A stretch of 59,074 bases of DNA from an uncultured archaeon (GCA_964347415.1 CAYFYJ010000003.1:1-59074); one strand, 5' to 3'. Shown: positions 8,679 to 18,300, counted from the stretch's first letter. The notes: generated by a model not told the origin, from the sequence alone. Made by a program: numbers and translations.

Positions 8679-11177
8679 GTGAACACTAAGATCAACAGAA
8701 TAAGCCTGCAAGGCTTTAAGTCATTCAGGAAAAGGATATCCGTACCTCTTTTTTCTGGTTTTAACATCTTTTGTGGACCGAATGGTGTCGGCAAAAGTAA
8801 TATATTAGATGCCATTACTTTTGTGCTGGGAGGTACGTCCACGAAGGCTTTGAGGGCAGGTAGATTGCATGAATTGATCTACCATGGTAATGGTAATGTC
8901 GAACCATCGGATTATGCTTCTGTTACTTTATGGCTAGATAACTCTAACAAAATTTTTCCTTTTGAAGATCAGGAAATAGCAATAAAGAGGAAGATTAACA
9001 AAAAAGGCGTTAGTGCCTTCAAGATTAACGGGAAAACGACCACAAGAGAAAAAATTCTCGAATTACTGTCCTCAGCCCAGCTACATCCTGAGGGTTACAA
9101 CATCATCATGCAAGGAGATGTCAGTCAAGTCATAGAGATGAACCCGCAAGAGAGACGAGGGATAATAGATGAGATATCTGGTATAGCGCAATACAATGAG
9201 AAAAGAGATAAGGCGCAGAAGAATCTAGTAATCGTCGGTGAAAAACTGAAAGAAGTGGAAATTATCCTAACTGAAAGACTAGAAAGGCTCCAAGAATTAG
9301 AAACTGATAGGAACACAGCATTAAAATACAAAGAGTTGAGAGAAAAACTACAGAGACTGGAAGCATCTTTAGCATACAAGAGGTTCAAGACGGAAGAATC
9401 AAAATACGACAAGATGGAAGGGGATATAAAGACTTGTGGAGCCGAGATCAAAAAACTAGAAGATGAGATCAAACTCATAGACAAGAATATTGTATTGAAA
9501 GAAAAGAAGGAAGAAGGAATAAAAGAAACTATTTTCGTTAGGTCAAGTGGAGCAGGAATAAGGGAAGATATTGAAGAAGTTAAGAATAAAATCCTGAGGG
9601 ATAAGGACAAGATAGAATCTTATCAGAGGGAGATTAAGAGACTAGACGAAATGATCGCCAAGCTTGGCTCGATAGAACAGAGAAAACCAATTTTGTTCAA
9701 GAAAGGCGTTAAAACTATATTAAACCTGAAGAGGCCGGGTATTCACGGGACGGTGGCTGGTTTGATAAGAACTCCTAAAGAATATGGAACAGCCTTTGAA
9801 ATTGCTGGTGGTACCAGACTTCAAAACATAATAGTAAGGGACAGTAAAACCGCGACTGATTGTATAAATTATTTGAAGAAAGGTAAGATAGGTAGAGCGA
9901 CATTTCTTCCGTTAAACAAAATAAGGCCCAGAAATCTCAAAAAAGAGCAAAAATCTTTACTGAAGAAACCTGGTGTTATAGGCCTGTTGAGTGATCTGAT
10001 AAAATTTGATAAAAAATATTCTTCTGCTGTTAATTATATTTTTGGTGATACTCTCGTCGTAGAGAATTTGGGGGTTGCAAGAAGGATAGGTATCGGCAAC
10101 GTCAGGATGGTTACTTTAGATGGGGATTTAGTCGAAAGATCTGGGGCGATGATAGGTGGTTACTATCAGAAAAGAGAAGAAGTTGTCGGCGGTATGGAGA
10201 TAGATGAGTATGAGAACAATAAGAAGGAGCTTCAAGAAGAGATAAACTTCCTCAGAGTTGAGATAGGGCAATTGAACAAAAAAATGGATGAGTTAAGAAA
10301 GAGTAAAGAAACCGAGAGTAAAGAAGTTGTTGATTTAGAAAAAGAAAAAGATACTTTGGAAGATGAATTAATCAATTTAAAATCACAAAGAACAACACTC
10401 ATAGATAACAGGGTGAACCTACAGAATAGAATCAACAAACTAAAAATAAACAGTGCCAGGAAAGAGGCCGAATTGAATAATTTGAAACTCGAGTCAGAAA
10501 AATATAAAGATGTTGAATTGATGGATGAAAAACCATCAGTCCTGGAATTCAATATTGAGCAAGCTACTACCACACTGAATGCCTTAGGTCTAGTCAATAT
10601 GAAAGCCATCGAAGAATACGATGCATTCAAGGGAGAATTTGATGAATTAAAACATAAGTACGATAAAATCATGGATGAAAAAAAATCCATTGAAGAAATG
10701 ATTGAGAAGATTGAAGGGAAGAAAAAAGAAGTCTTCTACGAATGCTTGCGAGCTATAGACAAAAATTTCAGAATCGTTTTCAAGGAAATGGCAAAGGGAC
10801 AGGCGTCACTAGAGTTGGAGAATCCTTTGGATATCGAAAGTGGTTTACTAATTCAAGCCAATCCTGCAGGTAAGAGGATGTTAAATCTAGATGCCATGTC
10901 TGGGGGAGAAAAATCCTTGACGGCTCTAGCATTCTTGTTCGCAGTTCAGAAATACAAACCTGCACCATTCTACATCCTCGATGAGGTTGATGCATTTCTG
11001 GACAAGGCCAACACGAAAAGAGTTGTCGAGATGATAAAAAAACTGTCTGGGGAAGAACAGTTCATCGTCATAACTCACAATGACTACACGATTAAGCAGG
11101 GGGATCGTGTATACGGAATTAGCATGGAAAGAGGCGAATCCAAGATACTTGGATTAGAACTACCAAAAGCGGTTTGA
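8679..11177 (+). CDS. smc: Chromosome segregation protein SMC (short-armed, 832 aa, GTG start)
   Basis: Walker A FCGPNGVGKSNILDAI, hinge region GIHGTVAGLI...GGTRLQNIIV...GRATFLPLN, signature LSGGEKSLTALAFLFA and Walker B FYILDEVDAFLD. Glu/Lys-rich coiled coils lie between them. Confidence 0.9.
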   Translation: MNTKINRISLQGFKSFRKRISVPLFSGFNIFCGPNGVGKSNILDAITFVLGGTSTKALRAGRLHELIYHGNGNVEPSDYASVTLWLDNSNKIFPFEDQEIAIKRKINKKGVSAFKINGKTTTREKILELLSSAQLHPEGYNIIMQGDVSQVIEMNPQERRGIIDEISGIAQYNEKRDKAQKNLVIVGEKLKEVEIILTERLERLQELETDRNTALKYKELREKLQRLEASLAYKRFKTEESKYDKMEGDIKTCGAEIKKLEDEIKLIDKNIVLKEKKEEGIKETIFVRSSGAGIREDIEEVKNKILRDKDKIESYQREIKRLDEMIAKLGSIEQRKPILFKKGVKTILNLKRPGIHGTVAGLIRTPKEYGTAFEIAGGTRLQNIIVRDSKTATDCINYLKKGKIGRATFLPLNKIRPRNLKKEQKSLLKKPGVIGLLSDLIKFDKKYSSAVNYIFGDTLVVENLGVARRIGIGNVRMVTLDGDLVERSGAMIGGYYQKREEVVGGMEIDEYENNKKELQEEINFLRVEIGQLNKKMDELRKSKETESKEVVDLEKEKDTLEDELINLKSQRTTLIDNRVNLQNRINKLKINSARKEAELNNLKLESEKYKDVELMDEKPSVLEFNIEQATTTLNALGLVNMKAIEEYDAFKGEFDELKHKYDKIMDEKKSIEEMIEKIEGKKKEVFYECLRAIDKNFRIVFKEMAKGQASLELENPLDIESGLLIQANPAGKRMLNLDAMSGGEKSLTALAFLFAVQKYKPAPFYILDEVDAFLDKANTKRVVEMIKKLSGEEQFIVITHNDYTIKQGDRVYGISMERGESKILGLELPKAV

Positions 11178-11181
11178 TTAA

Positions 11182-11589
11182 TTGAAAATCAAAGAATTAC
11201 ATTTTAAAAGATTTGATGATGGAGAATTTATGAAGACTTTAAAGGATTTTATAGACTCAAAGAAAATTAAATCTGGTTCGATTTTTTGTCTTGGGTTCTT
11301 GAGTAACCCTGTTTTGGGGTTTTTAGATTGGAAGGAGAGGGATTATAAAAAAATAAACGTTAACAAAGAAGTTGAGATAGTTTCTTGTTATGGCAACTTA
11401 TCCAGAAAAAGAGAAAATGATCAATTAATCATGCACCTACATGGTGTTGTCGCAGACAAGAATGGGAAAACTTATGGCGGTCATTTTTTCAAGGCTCAAA
11501 TTAAACTGGTTGAAGCCATGATTTTCGAAACTGGTAAATTGACCAGGAGCTTGAATAAAAAAACAAAACTATACTATCTGGATGCATGA
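11182..11589 (+). CDS. PPC/DUF296-domain protein (putative DNA-binding)
   Basis: Pattern G.I..LGF...V.GF.D...++Y........EIVSC.GN......P..H.HGV....G..YGGH....I...E matches the PPC (DUF296) fold consensus. Sits between smc and scpA, with an ATGA overlap to scpA. Confidence 0.5.
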   Translation: MKIKELHFKRFDDGEFMKTLKDFIDSKKIKSGSIFCLGFLSNPVLGFLDWKERDYKKINVNKEVEIVSCYGNLSRKRENDQLIMHLHGVVADKNGKTYGGHFFKAQIKLVEAMIFETGKLTRSLNKKTKLYYLDA

Positions 11590-12284
11590 ACATGAAAGAA
11601 CAAAATCTGTTGGAAATGATACTGAAAGGGGAATCCTGGGAGGAATTAATCTACAATATAGTTTCTTACGAGGGTTTAGATCCTTGGGATATCGATATCA
11701 TAAAATTGACTGACTCTTTTTTGAAGCATATTGAGGGGCTAAAAACCTTAGACTTCAGGATACCAGCAAAAGTTGTGTTAGTCGCAGCAATCCTTCTGAA
11801 ACTAAAATCAAATATACTCTCACCGATGAAAGTAGAAGGGACAGAATACTATCCCACAGGTATGGAAGCACTTGATGAATACGAGCAAATTAGACTCGAA
11901 TTGGAAAGTATGGAATTGAAACCGCCGATGGAGAGACGTGTCAAAAGAAAAGTAACTATAGATGAGCTTATCGACGCATTGCGAAAAGCGATGAAGGTCA
12001 AACAAAAGAAAGAACGTATTAGAAGGAAGTTGGGTAAAAGGATAAAAGCAGAAATCGGTGAAGAAGTAGATATTGAACTAAGGATTAAAAATATGATGTC
12101 TGAGATTGATTTGTTGCTGGGTAAGTTAAAGGCAGATAAAGTTATGTTCTCGAAGATCGTTAGCAAATGGGAACGGGATGAAATAGTTAGATATTTCATG
12201 CCTTTATTGTATCTATCATCTAGAGGGAAGATAAGCGCTGAGCAGAGGGAGTTTTTCAAGGAAATTTTAATCAGTAAGAGATGA
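11586..12284 (+). CDS. scpA: Segregation and condensation protein A (kleisin)
   Basis: N-terminal WEELIYNIVSYEGLDPWDIDIIKLTDSFLKHI...IPAKVVLVAAILLKLKS is typical of ScpA. Same operon as smc. Confidence 0.8.
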   Translation: MNMKEQNLLEMILKGESWEELIYNIVSYEGLDPWDIDIIKLTDSFLKHIEGLKTLDFRIPAKVVLVAAILLKLKSNILSPMKVEGTEYYPTGMEALDEYEQIRLELESMELKPPMERRVKRKVTIDELIDALRKAMKVKQKKERIRRKLGKRIKAEIGEEVDIELRIKNMMSEIDLLLGKLKADKVMFSKIVSKWERDEIVRYFMPLLYLSSRGKISAEQREFFKEILISKR

Positions 12285-12319
12285 TAAACTTTATACGGGA
12301 CAAATCGTAATTCCTATTC

Positions 12320-13225
12320 ATGATAATCGTTTTTTTCATGGTTTTATTGGCCATCTGTTTTTTTTCATTGAGTATTTACTCTTTTTATTATGAGAAGGGA
12401 GACATCATATTTCTGTTCATACTGGTGGTTTCATTAGCTGTTATCATAAGAATGAACTGGTACTTTTCTTTAATATCAATCCTGTTTCTGATATTGCCGA
12501 TAATCTTCTACAGAAGAATGAGTTATACACAACTTGTTTGTTTTAGTATGTTCGGCTCAATCTTGATGGCATATTTTCTACTGAATTTATTTCTCATGTA
12601 TGAAATGGCGTTTTTACTCCAAATAGCAATACTATCCATTTTAGCGATGTGCATAATGGCGGTGATGGCCATATTCGAAGACAACCTGAAAAGATATCTG
12701 ATTTACTCTAATGCTATACAACTCATGTTTGTTTTATTGGATTTAACGATAGCAAAACTGACTCAAAAAATCACAACTCTTGGAACGATTCAAATATTCA
12801 ACTATACTTTTGCTGGACTATTATTATTCTTGACTTTAGGCGTGTTGAGTAGGGATAATAAAAGAAAGAAGATTAGTAGTCTACAAGGAACATTCTATGA
12901 AAATAAATTGAACGGTTTATTCGCTGTGATTGCTGCCATATCTCTAGCTGGATTGCCTGGTTTGAATATTTTCGTGAGTGAATGGTTCTTGTTTAAAGCT
13001 GCTTTCCTGATTAGCCCAGTAATAACATTATTCGGAATTTTTATCGCGTTGCTTTTATTCGTCATGTACTTTAAAATCATTAACGTCATATCAGTTGGAA
13101 ATTTTGAACAATCTAAAATTTCTATGAAACACATAACTTATATTAATGGTTTTCTTGCTGTCGTTTGTCTAATATTTGGTCTATTGCCGCAAATCCAACT
13201 ATTCATACTAGACAAGGTGTTGTGA
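12320..13225 (+). CDS. Antiporter-like membrane subunit of group 4 hydrogenase (MbhH/NuoN-like, truncated 301 aa)
   Basis: Polytopic protein. The AAISLAGLPGLNIFVSEWFLFKAAF segment resembles the conserved GLPP..GF..K helix of NuoL/M/N/MnhD proteins. Occupies the MbhH position upstream of the hydrogenase core. Confidence 0.6.
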   Translation: MIIVFFMVLLAICFFSLSIYSFYYEKGDIIFLFILVVSLAVIIRMNWYFSLISILFLILPIIFYRRMSYTQLVCFSMFGSILMAYFLLNLFLMYEMAFLLQIAILSILAMCIMAVMAIFEDNLKRYLIYSNAIQLMFVLLDLTIAKLTQKITTLGTIQIFNYTFAGLLLFLTLGVLSRDNKRKKISSLQGTFYENKLNGLFAVIAAISLAGLPGLNIFVSEWFLFKAAFLISPVITLFGIFIALLLFVMYFKIINVISVGNFEQSKISMKHITYINGFLAVVCLIFGLLPQIQLFILDKVL

Positions 13226-13380
13226 TGAAAAAGAAGAAGAGCATTTATATTGGTGGAGAAAAGGATGAACAGAAAGAAATAATGCCGAGGAGATTCGATA
13301 AATTTTTTGACAAGAGATTACTTTTTGTGATAGTGGGGATAGTATTTTTATTGTTGTTAGCATTGTCAATAGGTGTTTGA
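13225..13380 (+). CDS. Small membrane protein at MbhI position
   Basis: ATG at 13225 overlaps the preceding stop (GTGATG). Sequence MKKKKSIYIGGEKDEQKEIMPRRFDKFFDKRLLFVIVGIVFLLLLALSIGV has a single TM helix. The assignment rests on position only. Confidence 0.3.
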   Translation: MKKKKSIYIGGEKDEQKEIMPRRFDKFFDKRLLFVIVGIVFLLLLALSIGV

Positions 13381-13813
13381 TATGATGATTAAAAAGTCGC
13401 CATGGGTATCCATCTTCAATTCGGGCGGATGTAAAGGATGTGGGTTAGAATGTATTATGCTGATCTCACCGAAGTATGACATCGAGAGGTTTGGATGTTT
13501 ACTCAAACCGAGTCCAAGACATGCTGATATCTTGCTTGTAACGGGAGTGGCTACAAAACAAGCAAAGGCTAGATTAAAAAGAGTTTATTCACAGATGGTA
13601 TCGAATAAGAGGGTATTGGTAATAGGATCATGCGCTATAAGCGGTGGTATTTTCAGGAATGCTTACAACACTGATAAAGGTGTGACCAAAACCATTCGTG
13701 CCGATTATTATGTGCCTGGTTGTCCACCGAAACCAGAAGCGATAATTCATGCTTTGTTAAAGGCTTTGGGTGATTTAGATGGAAAAAAAGAGAGTAAAGC
13801 TAAAAGAGTTTAG
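13373..13813 (+). CDS. [NiFe] hydrogenase group 4 small subunit (MbhJ/NuoB-like)
   Basis: Four Fe-S ligand cysteines in GGCKGCGLEC, GSCAISGG and YVPGCPPKPEAI, which is the NuoB/hydrogenase small subunit pattern. Start may be ATG 13382. Confidence 0.85.
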   Translation: MFDMMIKKSPWVSIFNSGGCKGCGLECIMLISPKYDIERFGCLLKPSPRHADILLVTGVATKQAKARLKRVYSQMVSNKRVLVIGSCAISGGIFRNAYNTDKGVTKTIRADYYVPGCPPKPEAIIHALLKALGDLDGKKESKAKRV

Positions 13814-14117
13814 GAAAGAAGTCGAAGGGTTGAAGGATTTTAGATTAATCACTATTTCTGCTTTAGATTCAAGAGGATGTTATCATTTGTTATATCACTT
13901 CGATATCGGGGGGATAAAAACATTGAAGATACTAATTCCCGAGAAGAAGCCTGTAATTCCTAGTATCACAGATATTTTCCCGTCGGCAGAATTCTATGAA
14001 AGAGAGATACATGATTTTTTTGATATAAATTTCAAGGGTAATCCAAGACTACATGAAAAAATGTTCTTACCAGATGGTTGGGAGGGAAAGCCTCCACTAC
14101 AAAAAGATAAGAGATGA
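13779..14117 (+). CDS. Hydrogenase subunit MbhK/NuoC-like
   Basis: FPSAEFYEREIHDFFDINFKGNP is the hallmark of the NuoC/30-kDa family. Confidence 0.8.
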   Translation: MEKKRVKLKEFRKEVEGLKDFRLITISALDSRGCYHLLYHFDIGGIKTLKILIPEKKPVIPSITDIFPSAEFYEREIHDFFDINFKGNPRLHEKMFLPDGWEGKPPLQKDKR

Positions 14118-14121
14118 TTGA

Positions 14122-15267
14122 ATGCATGATTTTAAGATGCCAATAGGACCACATCATCCGGCAATAGATGAACCATCTTGTCTGAGAATATCAATGGATG
14201 GTAATTACATCGTCGATGCCGACTTGAGACTTGGATATGCACACAAAGGAATAGAAAAATTACTCGAGGGTAAAAAAATTGAGCAAGGTCTTCACATAGT
14301 AGATCATATATGTGGCATATGCTCAGTGGCCCATCCCTCTTGTTATGTAAGAGTTATTGAAAAGATGCTGAATTACGAGCCGATTCCGAGAGTAAATTAT
14401 ATCAGAACTCTTGTCAGTGAATTGGGCAGGATTCAATCCCATGTCTTTTGGGCCGGGTTTATGTTACATGAGATCGGATTCGAAACTATGTTAGCATACT
14501 TTCTGCGTGATCGAGAACATACTTTAGAATCTTTAGAAAGATTGACAGGGAATAGAGTACACTTTGCTATACATCAAGTCAGGACAGTCAGATACGATGT
14601 AAACGATGATGATATTCGATTCGTTAAGAAAAAAATTGAAGAAGTGGAGAAAAAAATTCCTAGTTATCTTAAGATAATAGAGAAGGATAAAGTCATCAAG
14701 GCCAGATTAGTGGATGTTGGAACAATAACAAAAAAAACGGCCAAAAAGTATTCTTTGATTGGTCCTATAGCAAGAGCATCTGGGGTTTTCACCGATATAA
14801 GGAAGGAAGATCCTTACGAAGCCTACGAAGAAGTAGATTTTAACATGATCACAGAAAGGAATGGAGATGCTTTTTCTAGGATGCTCGTCAGGATGAATGA
14901 AACTCTAGAATCGATAAAAATAGTTAAACAAATCATAAAAAACATGCCTGAAGGTAAGATACCAAAATTCCCTCCTGTTATAATTGAAGAAGGTATGGAA
15001 GCTGGTAGAGTGGAAGCACCAAGAGGAGAGAACTTTCACATGATAAAAATAAAAGATGGGAAGATTGATAGAGCTAGAATCAGACCACCAACATTCAATT
15101 TCATGAGTATTTTTACAAAACTTTTGGAAGGCAGAGAGATTGGAGATATTCCTGTCATACTGGCATCCTTTGATCCATGCTATGCTTGCATGGAAAGGGT
15201 TGTTGTTATAAAGGACGGTAAAACTGAGGTGTTGACTGAAGATGATTTTAAACATAAGTATGTTTGA
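14122..15267 (+). CDS. [NiFe] hydrogenase group 4 large (catalytic) subunit (MbhL/NuoD-like)
   Basis: N-terminal Ni-Fe ligand motif HICGICSVAH (CxxC) and C-terminal DPCYACMER (DPCxxC), followed by a 22-aa extension (VVVIKDGKTEVLTEDDFKHKYV) of the kind removed by a maturation endopeptidase. Confidence 0.9.
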   Translation: MHDFKMPIGPHHPAIDEPSCLRISMDGNYIVDADLRLGYAHKGIEKLLEGKKIEQGLHIVDHICGICSVAHPSCYVRVIEKMLNYEPIPRVNYIRTLVSELGRIQSHVFWAGFMLHEIGFETMLAYFLRDREHTLESLERLTGNRVHFAIHQVRTVRYDVNDDDIRFVKKKIEEVEKKIPSYLKIIEKDKVIKARLVDVGTITKKTAKKYSLIGPIARASGVFTDIRKEDPYEAYEEVDFNMITERNGDAFSRMLVRMNETLESIKIVKQIIKNMPEGKIPKFPPVIIEEGMEAGRVEAPRGENFHMIKIKDGKIDRARIRPPTFNFMSIFTKLLEGREIGDIPVILASFDPCYACMERVVVIKDGKTEVLTEDDFKHKYV

Positions 15268-16117
15268 ATTTTTATTCTTGGTTTTAGCAATACCAATCAG
15301 TTTACTTTTTGTAGGGATAAAGAGGAAATTGATGGCTCGAATGCAGAACAGGATTGGTCCACCGATTCGGCAGCCATTCTATGATATCATCAAACTGTTC
15401 GAAAAGAAAGAAAGTAATTCTGGAGCTAAGGAAAATATTATATTTCGAACTATGCCATTGATTTACTTGATAACAACCTTTAGTTTATTCTTTTTCCTAC
15501 CGTTTTCGATAATAAGTTTTCATCTCGATTTCATACTTTTCATTTATATCTTCATATTGGGTGGGGCATTGTATATACTCTTAGGAATAACTTCAAATTC
15601 TCCATACGGATACTTTGGTTCAATGAGAGATATGACTTTGATGTTGTGTTATGAAATAATTTTTGCGATCGTGATATTCACTTTTGTTGTATTCGCGGAT
15701 ATTCAATCGTTGGTTGAATTCAATGAAAGCTGGATGTTGTTAAAATTGCCTATAGCCAGTGCTTGTTTGTTTATAATCGCATTGGTTGAAACCAGAATAA
15801 CACCTTTTGATACTGTTGAAGCCCATACAGAAATAATCGGTAGTGTAGAGACAGAATTCAGTGGGAGGAGTTTGGCGTTCTTTGAAATATCGAATGGTTT
15901 GAGGCTGGCATTCTTTGTGTTTTTAACCAGTCTACTTTTCTTCGGTTTCGAGGATTTACTAACATTTTCAATAGTCAGTTTAGTCATGTTGTTTGTGCTA
16001 ACCTTCACTCAAGCAACAACTTGCAGGTATAGATTAGATCAAACTCTCAAAATTTTGATAATCGTTCTGTTTTTTGCTGTTTTTGAGTTGATTAGAATTA
16101 ATTTTATAGTGTGGTGA
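15242..16117 (+). CDS. Hydrogenase membrane subunit MbhM/NuoH/HycD-like
   Basis: RKLMARMQNRIGPPIRQPFYDIIKLFEK is the conserved NuoH N-terminal loop. Polytopic. Start is ATG 15242 or ATG 15260. Confidence 0.85.
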   Translation: MILNISMFEFLFLVLAIPISLLFVGIKRKLMARMQNRIGPPIRQPFYDIIKLFEKKESNSGAKENIIFRTMPLIYLITTFSLFFFLPFSIISFHLDFILFIYIFILGGALYILLGITSNSPYGYFGSMRDMTLMLCYEIIFAIVIFTFVVFADIQSLVEFNESWMLLKLPIASACLFIIALVETRITPFDTVEAHTEIIGSVETEFSGRSLAFFEISNGLRLAFFVFLTSLLFFGFEDLLTFSIVSLVMLFVLTFTQATTCRYRLDQTLKILIIVLFFAVFELIRINFIVW

Positions 16118-16118
16118 T

Positions 16119-16487
16119 ATGGGGATAGGAATTGAGGTTTTTAAAAATCTGTTGAAAAAACCATTCACCAAAAGATATCCGAAAGAAAGGGTAAAACCAC
16201 CAGATAGGTATAGAGGTAAATTAACTGTTAAGAAGAAGGATTGTACGGCATGTGGATTATGTAGGATGATATGCCCTACAGAAGCTATAACTTTGGGGAT
16301 GAAAATTAAGGCAATAAAATCTGGGAAGATAACTTACAAAAAAGTTCTTCATCCTATTAGATCGATAAACATGGGTAGATGTGTATCATGTGGTTTATGC
16401 GTAGAAATTTGCCCAGTAAAAATCATATCTTTTACGAACAAATTTGAATTGACCAGTAAATCAAAAAAAGGTTTATTAATCAAATAG
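16119..16487 (+). CDS. 2x[4Fe-4S] ferredoxin-type subunit MbhN/NuoI-like
   Basis: Two CxxCxxCxxxCP motifs: CTACGLCRMICP and CVSCGLCVEICP. Confidence 0.85.
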   Translation: MGIGIEVFKNLLKKPFTKRYPKERVKPPDRYRGKLTVKKKDCTACGLCRMICPTEAITLGMKIKAIKSGKITYKKVLHPIRSINMGRCVSCGLCVEICPVKIISFTNKFELTSKSKKGLLIK

Positions 16488-16944
16488 CTTCTATAGTTCT
16501 TTGTACTTTTTCTATTATTTCTGGTAATCTAGCTTCCAACTCTGGGCTTAAATCCTGACCAAAGTTTATAAGTTTGGGTTTAATGCCAATCAAGAGTAAC
16601 CTGGCTTTTGGAAAGTATTTCTTGAAAATTGATATTGGGAAATAATGGGTCGAAATATTCATGTCAATTATATCCTCCAATTTGAATAATTTCACGTCCC
16701 CTATTTCTCCCTCAAAAACAGCAACATCAATGAAGAATATCTCGTCTGGATCAATTTTTCTCAATGGTTCTATAAAATTCTCAGGGTTCATTCCACCTTT
16801 TAAGAAATAATAGTTCTTGTTCTTATAGGAGTTTTTAATTTTATCCAGTATCAAGTTACCTATATTATCATCTGCTTTCAAAGGATTTCCCACGCTGATG
16901 ATTGCCTTTTTTATTTCCATAATAATAGATTTTAGGAATACCAA
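16480..16944 (-). CDS. hycI: Hydrogenase maturation endopeptidase (HycI/HybD family)
   Basis: VGNPLKADDNIGNLILDKI (GNxLxxDDxxG) and a later His, about 150 aa. Convergent with the hydrogenase operon. Confidence 0.75.
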   Translation of the reverse strand: MVFLKSIIMEIKKAIISVGNPLKADDNIGNLILDKIKNSYKNKNYYFLKGGMNPENFIEPLRKIDPDEIFFIDVAVFEGEIGDVKLFKLEDIIDMNISTHYFPISIFKKYFPKARLLLIGIKPKLINFGQDLSPELEARLPEIIEKVQRTIEAI

Positions 16945-16953
16945 ATAATATTA

Positions 16954-18300
16954 ATGAGAAAAAAAGTAGTTTCGCTATTAGTTGGTGTTTTTGTATTTCT
17001 CTTAATAACTATATCATCGATTCAAACGCCGGCTAAGTATGGATTAGCAATATTAGCTCTCTGTATAATCCTATGGTTGACTGGAGCCATCCCTAGCGGA
17101 GTAACTGGTTTAATTCCTGCTGTACTCGTACCTTTGTTCGGGATAATGGCTTTCGAAAAAATAATAGTCAACTACATGAGTCGAGTCGTATTCCTTTTGT
17201 TGAGTGGTTTCATCATTGCTTCAGCCATAAAAAAATGGAAGTTGGATAAGAAGATAACCTATTCGATGCTAAAATTTACGAATGATTCTAGGTTTGTACT
17301 GCTCATACTCATTCTGTCCACTGCATTAATTTCAGCGCTGATAGCCAACACAACATCTGCTGCCATTATGCTGCCCATAGGACTATCGATTATAGATTCC
17401 CTACCAAAAAAACTTAAGAAGAAACTTGGAATTTGTATTTTACTCTCAATTGCTTATGCGGCCTCAATTGGTGGAAAACTTACTCTGATTGGATCGACAC
17501 CGAATCTGCTCACTGCACAATTTTTATTAGAAGAGGGTATCCAATTGGGTTTCTCTGATTGGTCAAAATTCGTTGCACCCTTCAGTTTCTTAATGCTGTT
17601 TGCCCTTTGGGCGTTCATGCTGTTCAAATTCAATTTATTGAAACGGAGAGAAATCAAAGTAACGATTGAAAGGATCCCAGAAGAAACTGGAGCAAAGGTA
17701 ACGGCGTTGATAATAATTTTTGCGATAATAGTTTGGATTATAAAACCATTCATACCATTGCTTCAAGATATAGATGATGTTTTGATCGGTTTAGGTACAG
17801 CTATTTTATTAATTACTATCCCAATACCAGGAAGGAAAATTTTGTTAGGTTGGGGGGATATAAAGATCCCATGGAATATTCTGTTAATGTTTGGTGGTGG
17901 TTTAGCTCTGGGTCATACTCTACTAGTTTCTGGAGCAGCTCAATACATAGTTGATTTGTTGCCGACATTTTCGAATAGTTTTATTCTAGTTATTCTGGTT
18001 GTAACCACTATATCTGTATTTTTAACAGAATTTATGTCGAACACTGCTTTTGCTTCTACTTTTATACCGATATTCTTAATATTCGCAAAAAGTCTGGGAA
18101 TGAATCCATTTCTTTTGATATTGACGGTTGGTGTTTGTTCTTCTTTGGCTTTTATGCTGCCGATAAGCACTCCGCCAAATGCTATAGTCTACAGGATTAA
18201 AGAGATTAAGATCTCTGATATGGTGAAGACGGGGATTTTTATGAATATTATCTCTATAATACTATGGGTTTTTTACGTGTTTTTATTGAGTGGATATTGA
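16954..18300 (+). CDS. DASS/SLC13-type anion:Na+ symporter (sulfate/di-tricarboxylate family)
   Basis: Polytopic 448 aa with duplicated hairpin motifs ANTTSAAIMLPI and SNTAFASTFIPI plus STPPNAIVY, typical of the DASS/ArsB-NhaD permease superfamily. Confidence 0.7.
   Translation: MRKKVVSLLVGVFVFLLITISSIQTPAKYGLAILALCIILWLTGAIPSGVTGLIPAVLVPLFGIMAFEKIIVNYMSRVVFLLLSGFIIASAIKKWKLDKKITYSMLKFTNDSRFVLLILILSTALISALIANTTSAAIMLPIGLSIIDSLPKKLKKKLGICILLSIAYAASIGGKLTLIGSTPNLLTAQFLLEEGIQLGFSDWSKFVAPFSFLMLFALWAFMLFKFNLLKRREIKVTIERIPEETGAKVTALIIIFAIIVWIIKPFIPLLQDIDDVLIGLGTAILLITIPIPGRKILLGWGDIKIPWNILLMFGGGLALGHTLLVSGAAQYIVDLLPTFSNSFILVILVVTTISVFLTEFMSNTAFASTFIPIFLIFAKSLGMNPFLLILTVGVCSSLAFMLPISTPPNAIVYRIKEIKISDMVKTGIFMNIISIILWVFYVFLLSGY

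Noticed and set aside
9125-10690. Two Ser/Leu/Phe-rich minus-strand ORFs (9125..9610 and 10232..10690)
   Set aside because: They are the reverse complement of the Glu/Lys-rich coiled-coil coding region of smc, so they are an artefact of codon composition.
12320-16487. Respiratory complex I (Nuo) fragment
   Set aside because: The NuoD-like subunit retains both CxxC Ni-Fe ligand motifs and a cleavable C-terminal extension. A hydrogenase maturation protease gene is adjacent. It is therefore a group 4 hydrogenase rather than NADH dehydrogenase.
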